Shown in pieces: positions 13,750 through 18,877 of a DNA stretch of 18,877 bases. Both the position numbers and the translations under genes were made by a program. Numbering within the stretch: the first letter of the stretch is position 1; each line of letters begins with the position of its first letter. The notes under the pieces were generated by a model. It was given only the letters and a program-made list of their open reading frames with translations. It was not told the origin of the DNA and searched no databases. The DNA comes from Nitrososphaeraceae archaeon (GTDB lineage: Archaea > Thermoproteota > Nitrososphaeria > Nitrososphaerales > Nitrososphaeraceae). The stretch spans positions 1 to 18,877 of the forward strand of contig JBIOZG010000031.1 in the NCBI GenBank assembly GCA_044870765.1. Reading direction: 5' to 3'.

Positions 13750-15870
13750 ATGGATTCGCAGAGTGAAACATACAAAAATAGCGTATTTCTTTCACCGAAA
13801 TCAATTGCGATTATAGGAGCCTCCGAAAAACCAGGAATAGGAAGGGCTATTTTTACCAACATCAAGAATGGCTATAAAGGTAAAATCTATCCCGTCAGCC
13901 CTACTAACGAGTATGTTTCTGGAATTAAGGCATACAAGAGTGTTCTTGACATACCAGAGGATATAGATCTTGCAGTGGTGGCAACTCCAAACAAGATAGT
14001 TCCAAAGGTAATGGAAGAAGTCGGAATGAAGAAGATTCAGGGTTCCATTATCGTTTCAGCCGGCTTCAAAGAAGTTGATGAACAGGGAGCTATTCTTGAA
14101 AGGGAAGTGGCTGCAATATGCAAAAAATACGGTACCAGGGTCATCGGCCCAAATTGTCTGGGTATAATGAGTCTATCTAAACAGAACATGATGAATTCCA
14201 CGTTTCTGAAGATTACACCAAAGCATGGAAATATTGCCCTTGTGTCACAGAGTGGAGCTATTTGTGCTGCTACTGTAGAAGATGCTATGGCACAGGGAAT
14301 AGGTTTCTCAAAGGTAATTAGTATGGGAAACAAAATAGACGTTGATGAAAATGACATATTGGAGTTATTATGCCATGATCCGGAAACTTCTGTTATCATA
14401 ATGTACCTTGAAGATATCCATGATGGCAGAAGGTTTATGGACATTGGCAGGAAAACCACGAAGCAATTCAAGAAACCAATAGTTGTGATAAAGTCTGGCA
14501 GAACTCCAGAAGGGGCAAAGGCCGCAATGTCTCATACAGGTGCATTAATGGGAGCCGACGAGGTTTACGATGCGCTATTTTTGCAGAGCGGTGTAATTAG
14601 AGTTGATACCATGCAGGAACTTTTTGATTTAGCAACTGCATTTTCTAAACAGCCAGTTCCCAAAAGCGACGAAGGAACCGTGATTGTTTCAAACGCAGGT
14701 GGACCTGCCATAATATCCACAGATGCATGCTCAAAATATGGAATGAAGCTAGCGGACATAAGCAGTTCAAGAGAGGAAATATCAAAGGTGATACCGGCCC
14801 ACGGGTCTGCAAGGAACCCAGTTGATATTGTAGGAGATGCGGATTTCAATCGATTTGAAAAGGTCCTGAATGAAGTGGTCTCAAATCCAAATGTAGGCTC
14901 AATTGTTACCATGTGTACTCCATCTGCTACTCTTGATTATAATGATCTTGCTAGAACTATAGTCAAGATCACAGCCAATTCTGGAAAAACCTCTCTTGCA
15001 GCGCTTATGGGCCTTGCAGAAGGAACAGAAAATAAACAAATCCTTTCTGACGGAGGTATACCGTATTTTCCATATGCTGAACCAGCAATTAGAACACTAA
15101 AAGCAATGTACGAATTTTCTAATTGGAGTACAGGAAAAGAATCTGAAATAAGAATATTTGATGTTGACAAGGAAAAAGTCAAACAAGTTTTCGATAGCGT
15201 AAGGGAGGAAGGGAGAAAACATCTTTTGGAAGAAGAGGGTTACGATGTACTTAACGCATATGGATTTCCAAGACCGAAAAGTTATCTCTGTACAAGTGAG
15301 GAAGAATGTGTAACGAGGGCCGAGGAAATTGGATATCCTGTAGTTATGAAAATTGCATCCCAAGATATAATCCACAAATCAGATGCTGGAGGAGTAAAGG
15401 TAGGAGTCAAAAATAAGCAACAAGTTTCGTCCTCATTCAACGAAATAATTGCTAATGCAAAGAACTACAAGAAGGAAGCCAACATTAAGGGAGTTCTCGT
15501 TCAGCAGATGATAGAATCTGCAAGAGAAACAATTCTGGGTGCAAAACACGACAAGTTATTTGGTCCTTTAATCATGTTTGGTCTTGGTGGAATCTATGTT
15601 GAAGCATTAAAGGACGTTGTGTTCAGACTCGCACCAATTGATGAACAAGAAGCAATGAAAATGGTTGAATCAATAAAAACATACAAGATATTGAAAGGTA
15701 TAAGAGGTCAGCCACCCTCGGATATAAAGGCATTAATTGAATGCCTACTACGATTATCTCAACTGGTTACAGATTTTCCCGAGATTACTGAATTCGATAT
15801 GAATCCATTACTGGTACTGGAAGAGGGAAAAGGAGCATGCGCTGTTGATGTTAGAATAGGCCTTGCATAA
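13750..15870 (+). CDS. ADP-forming acyl-CoA synthetase, most likely 4-hydroxybutyrate--CoA ligase of the thaumarchaeal 3HP/4HB cycle
   Basis: Fused alpha-beta order: SPKSIAIIGAS, GPNCLG, SQSGAIC, phospho-His motif SHTGAL, then ATP-grasp HKSDAGGV and FGLGG. MMNSTFLKITPK and VEDAMAQGIGFS match my recollection of N. maritimus Nmar_0206. The 3HP-CoA synthetase has the reverse domain order. Confidence 0.88.
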   Translation: MDSQSETYKNSVFLSPKSIAIIGASEKPGIGRAIFTNIKNGYKGKIYPVSPTNEYVSGIKAYKSVLDIPEDIDLAVVATPNKIVPKVMEEVGMKKIQGSIIVSAGFKEVDEQGAILEREVAAICKKYGTRVIGPNCLGIMSLSKQNMMNSTFLKITPKHGNIALVSQSGAICAATVEDAMAQGIGFSKVISMGNKIDVDENDILELLCHDPETSVIIMYLEDIHDGRRFMDIGRKTTKQFKKPIVVIKSGRTPEGAKAAMSHTGALMGADEVYDALFLQSGVIRVDTMQELFDLATAFSKQPVPKSDEGTVIVSNAGGPAIISTDACSKYGMKLADISSSREEISKVIPAHGSARNPVDIVGDADFNRFEKVLNEVVSNPNVGSIVTMCTPSATLDYNDLARTIVKITANSGKTSLAALMGLAEGTENKQILSDGGIPYFPYAEPAIRTLKAMYEFSNWSTGKESEIRIFDVDKEKVKQVFDSVREEGRKHLLEEEGYDVLNAYGFPRPKSYLCTSEEECVTRAEEIGYPVVMKIASQDIIHKSDAGGVKVGVKNKQQVSSSFNEIIANAKNYKKEANIKGVLVQQMIESARETILGAKHDKLFGPLIMFGLGGIYVEALKDVVFRLAPIDEQEAMKMVESIKTYKILKGIRGQPPSDIKALIECLLRLSQLVTDFPEITEFDMNPLLVLEEGKGACAVDVRIGLA

Positions 15871-15920
15871 ATCTACCAGAAAACTACTTTTCTATTTCTT
15901 AATAGCTCTTCCAATTCTAG

Positions 15921-16745
15921 TTATTCATTAGTAATTTTTTTACCGCATTCAGAACAAAACAGTGCATCGCTTTCATTTTGATAATTACAATACGAGCATT
16001 TACCTAATTGAATGGATTCTGAAGATTCTGAATTCTCGAGCAAAATAATATCGCCAATTTTGGAAATACTTTTCCATGCGACTTCAACATTTTGATTGTT
16101 GGCCTTTTTAGGAATCTTTAGATTTATTTCCACTTTTCCTCTTGAAGTCCTTTTGAGACCAATTTCTTGTACATTCCCTATCAGCATAGCATCCCAATCA
16201 TATGCTGGCATACCAATGAGGGATTGAATCGAAATAAAGTCACTTTGGGTAGTCGGAGTTGGTGGTAGGGTAGATTGGCCTGTGTTTGATTTGAGACTTT
16301 TACCAGTATCTTTAATCTCAGATATATCAGGAGTACTTGGTAATTCCGATTGCGAGGATTTTGATTCTTGTTCCTGTTGTGACTGAGACTCTTCGGGAGC
16401 ATCAAATTTTCTATACTGTGCAATAATACTCTTACAGGTCTTACACTTGTATTCACCCTTTTCATATAGTGTCACACCTTCACCTAGATCTTCATTAGGA
16501 TTTTCGAAATTAATGTTCGGTGACCCCTGATAATCTTTGTCACATTTGTTACAATGATAATTTACAAATCTATCCGTGGGAAGTCGCCCTATTCCTGCCA
16601 GAAATAATTCTGGTCCTCCTAAATTTCCTTTTTTTTGCTCTTCATCTGTAACGTGAGCGATAACATAGCCTCCAGAGCCGCGTAATTTTTTCTCCCGCAG
16701 ATCTTGATTTTGATCCTGATCCTCCATCATATTTTTTATATTCAT
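15921..16745 (-). CDS. Zinc-ribbon / PRC-barrel-like multidomain protein
   Basis: CNKC...CKTC, then an S/Q/T/P-rich linker, a PRC-like segment (SLIGMPAYDWDAMLIGNVQEI...VAWKSISKIGDIILL) and a C-terminal CSYC-x10-CSECG. The start may be one of the next two Met codons. Confidence 0.85.
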   Translation of the reverse strand: MNIKNMMEDQDQNQDLREKKLRGSGGYVIAHVTDEEQKKGNLGGPELFLAGIGRLPTDRFVNYHCNKCDKDYQGSPNINFENPNEDLGEGVTLYEKGEYKCKTCKSIIAQYRKFDAPEESQSQQEQESKSSQSELPSTPDISEIKDTGKSLKSNTGQSTLPPTPTTQSDFISIQSLIGMPAYDWDAMLIGNVQEIGLKRTSRGKVEINLKIPKKANNQNVEVAWKSISKIGDIILLENSESSESIQLGKCSYCNYQNESDALFCSECGKKITNE

Positions 16746-16984
16746 CTGTAGAATTTAAATTATAAAGTCTAGACTAAACAAACTTCTTATTTGCAGAGAT
16801 ATTACAAATTGAATTGATAATTAATTTCAATATCAATTGATAAAACTTTACATCATCACACTTATATCTCCGTTGTAAGGACAATAAGTTAACTAAAGCT
16901 GCGGCAGATAAGTTAAGTTAATACTAAATCTTTCCAGATCTTCCGTGACTTTTGTCAAATATAAAACAAAATGTGAATTAGAAA

Positions 16985-18250
16985 ATGGTTTCATTTGAAG
17001 AATTAGGTCTAAATATGTCTATAGTTAAGGCTGTCAAGGAAATAGGAATGGAAAATCCTTTTCCTATTCAAGAACATTGTATTCCACTTATTTTAAAAGG
17101 TAAAGATGTCATAGGACAGGCGCATACAGGTACCGGCAAGACCGCTGCTTTTTCTCTTCCAATAATAAGTAGTTTAAAATCGCGAGGACCAATCCAAGCA
17201 TTAGTACTCGTTCCTACAAGAGAACTGGCTATGCAAGTTAGTACTGAAATTAGAAAATTTTCAAAATATGTGGGAATAAGGAGTTTAGCCATTTACGGAG
17301 GACAGAGTATTAACATACAAAAAGATCAGCTAAGAAGGGGAGTGCAAATTATTGTGGCAACACCTGGCAGACTAATAGATCATTTGAAACAAGGAACGAT
17401 TCAATTAGAAGATGTAAAGTTTGTAGTGTTAGATGAAGCTGACCGAATGCTTGACATGGGATTTATAGATGACATTAAATTCATACTTTTTTATGTTAAT
17501 GAGCGAAGGCAAACATGCCTGTTTTCAGCAACGATGCCGATTGAAATTCTAAGATTATCTAGGGAGTACATGAAAGAACCAGAACAAGTTAGACTCAATG
17601 AAGATGAAATTAGTTTAGAAACTATCGATCAATCTTATCTAATTGTAGAAGAACGAGAAAAATTCAAACATCTCTGTAATTTTATTAAGAATAGAGAAAA
17701 AGGGCAACAAACGATTGTTTTTGTTGCTACAAAACAACGAACTCAGAGGATAGCTGATGATTTGAATAAAGAAGGTTTCAAAGTTATTACAATTCATGGA
17801 GACCTGTCTCAAAGACAGAGGGATTACTCAATGAACAGGTTCAAGAACGGAAGCGAAGATATCCTTGTAGCAACGGATATTGCTGCGAGGGGTATAGATG
17901 TTCCGACGGTTGGAAATATTATCAATTATGATATTCCTGAAGACCCATTGATCTATTTCCATAGAATTGGGAGAACTGCACGGGCAGGCGCAAGTGGTAA
18001 GGCAATCTCATTAGTTTCAAGCAGCAGGTATGAAGATTTTGCAAGGATTCTTAAACGTACTGAACTTACAGTCAAGAGGCTTAATGATGAAATAGGACTT
18101 GAGGTTCCTACATTGTCTGTGAACAGGAATAGAGTGAATAGACAAAGGTCATTCAACTATAATAGTCAAAGTAGAAGAAGATTTGGGTATAGCCGAGGAA
18201 TGAGTAGAGGTCGGTACCACAACACCCATAGTCAGTATAGAAGAGGATAA
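16985..18250 (+). CDS. DEAD-box ATP-dependent RNA helicase (DeaD/CshA-like)
   Basis: Q motif PFPIQ, AHTGTGKT, PTRELA, TPGRL, DEAD, SAT, ARGID and HRIGRTAR. R/G/S-rich C-terminal tail. Confidence 0.97.
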   Translation: MVSFEELGLNMSIVKAVKEIGMENPFPIQEHCIPLILKGKDVIGQAHTGTGKTAAFSLPIISSLKSRGPIQALVLVPTRELAMQVSTEIRKFSKYVGIRSLAIYGGQSINIQKDQLRRGVQIIVATPGRLIDHLKQGTIQLEDVKFVVLDEADRMLDMGFIDDIKFILFYVNERRQTCLFSATMPIEILRLSREYMKEPEQVRLNEDEISLETIDQSYLIVEEREKFKHLCNFIKNREKGQQTIVFVATKQRTQRIADDLNKEGFKVITIHGDLSQRQRDYSMNRFKNGSEDILVATDIAARGIDVPTVGNIINYDIPEDPLIYFHRIGRTARAGASGKAISLVSSSRYEDFARILKRTELTVKRLNDEIGLEVPTLSVNRNRVNRQRSFNYNSQSRRRFGYSRGMSRGRYHNTHSQYRRG

Positions 18251-18776
18251 GTAAGTAGGCAAATTAATAATATATCAAGTAACGAAGACAACATTTTTGC
18301 AAAGATAGTAAATACCTACAAGAAAAATTTTGGTATAATTTTCTTTGAGTCATGTTAGGTATAATCGGTTCTTATCTCCGTATCTACTAATCAGAGAATA
18401 CGCAAACCTGAAATTTGTGAGAAACAAATCTAATTTTACGACAATCAAAGCGTTAATCTAAGTGCTTCTATTAATTAACTTTCGAATTAACTGATACAAT
18501 TTATTTAGAAAAGGAAACAATCTTCTAGAAAAATATAGAATATCTAAAAAGTATATATATTTTGTTAGACATTTATAATATGCATAAACACCAGCTGGGA
18601 TTATTGGCTGTTCTTGTTCATCACATCCGAAAGTCCCAGTTGTTTTCATGTTTATTCTGATAAATCTACATCGTGAATAATCTATCTTGTAATCTTGAGG
18701 CAAGTATATGCAAAATATAGTTTAACTTTTTAACGCTTTAATAACAATCTAGCGATGGAGATTATTCCTAGACAAA

Positions 18777-18877
18777 ATGAAATCTAAAAGTAGAAGGTAT
18801 GCAACAAAAATAAAATTCACAGTGAAGGAGATGGAATTCCTTTCGAACAATGAGGATTAGCAGTCTAGTTACTCAAA
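18777..18877 (+). pseudogene. Possible disrupted 5' end of a pyridoxamine-5'-phosphate-oxidase-like gene
   Basis: MKSKSRRYATKIKFTVKEMEFLSNNED then TAG at 18858-18860. Removing one base gives ...NNEDCSLVT, resembling the F(T/S)..E..FL..NE.CR(L/I)AT start I recall for this family. Cut by the window edge. Confidence 0.3.

Noticed and set aside
10080-13750. Active integrative element or provirus at tRNA-Ser
   Set aside because: No integrase, transposase or structural genes, and no att-like duplicate of the tRNA 3' end seen by eye.
14037-18156. ORFs 14037..14471, 14565..14912, 14937..15182, 15097..15375, 16181..16465, 17068..17292 and 17953..18156
   Set aside because: Antisense or alternative-frame shadows of the ligase, the zinc-ribbon protein and the helicase.
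18458-18703. 81-aa minus-strand ORF
   Set aside because: TTG start, composition typical of translated AT-rich intergenic DNA, no motif. Not supported as a gene, though a remnant cannot be excluded.
1-18877. CRISPR array, rRNA or IS element
   Set aside because: No regularly spaced repeats, no long GC-rich structural RNA and no transposase motifs were seen.

Overview
AT-rich archaeal chromosomal segment, most likely from an ammonia-oxidising archaeon (Nitrososphaerota; a Nitrosocosmicus-like lineage is my inference from gene content and low GC). Core genes: a partial SAM methyltransferase, a dicluster ferredoxin, bacterial-type leuC/leuD, a proteasome beta subunit, a short XPF/ERCC4 nuclease, tRNA-Thr(CGU), a phosphohexomutase-thiL pair, rps11, a rhomboid protease, tRNA-Ser(GCU), an ADP-forming acyl-CoA synthetase matching the 4-hydroxybutyrate-CoA ligase of the 3HP/4HB cycle, a zinc-ribbon/PRC-barrel protein and a DEAD-box helicase. 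A ~3.4 kb accessory-looking stretch follows tRNA-Ser and carries a PadR regulator, small proteins, a deazaflavin-type oxidoreductase, a frameshifted gene and an orphan Dam-type methyltransferase. Best leads: (1) a 54-aa canonical C2H2 zinc-finger gene missed by the ORF track, 20 bp upstream of a rhomboid protease that carries a C-terminal Hsp20/alpha-crystallin-like domain; (2) a divergent module of a Cys-Cys PadR and a Cys-Cys coiled-coil microprotein (also missed by the ORF track), with two palindromic operators flanking a shared TATA element; (3) a gene split at an A6 run. All family calls come from motif recognition only; no searches were run.
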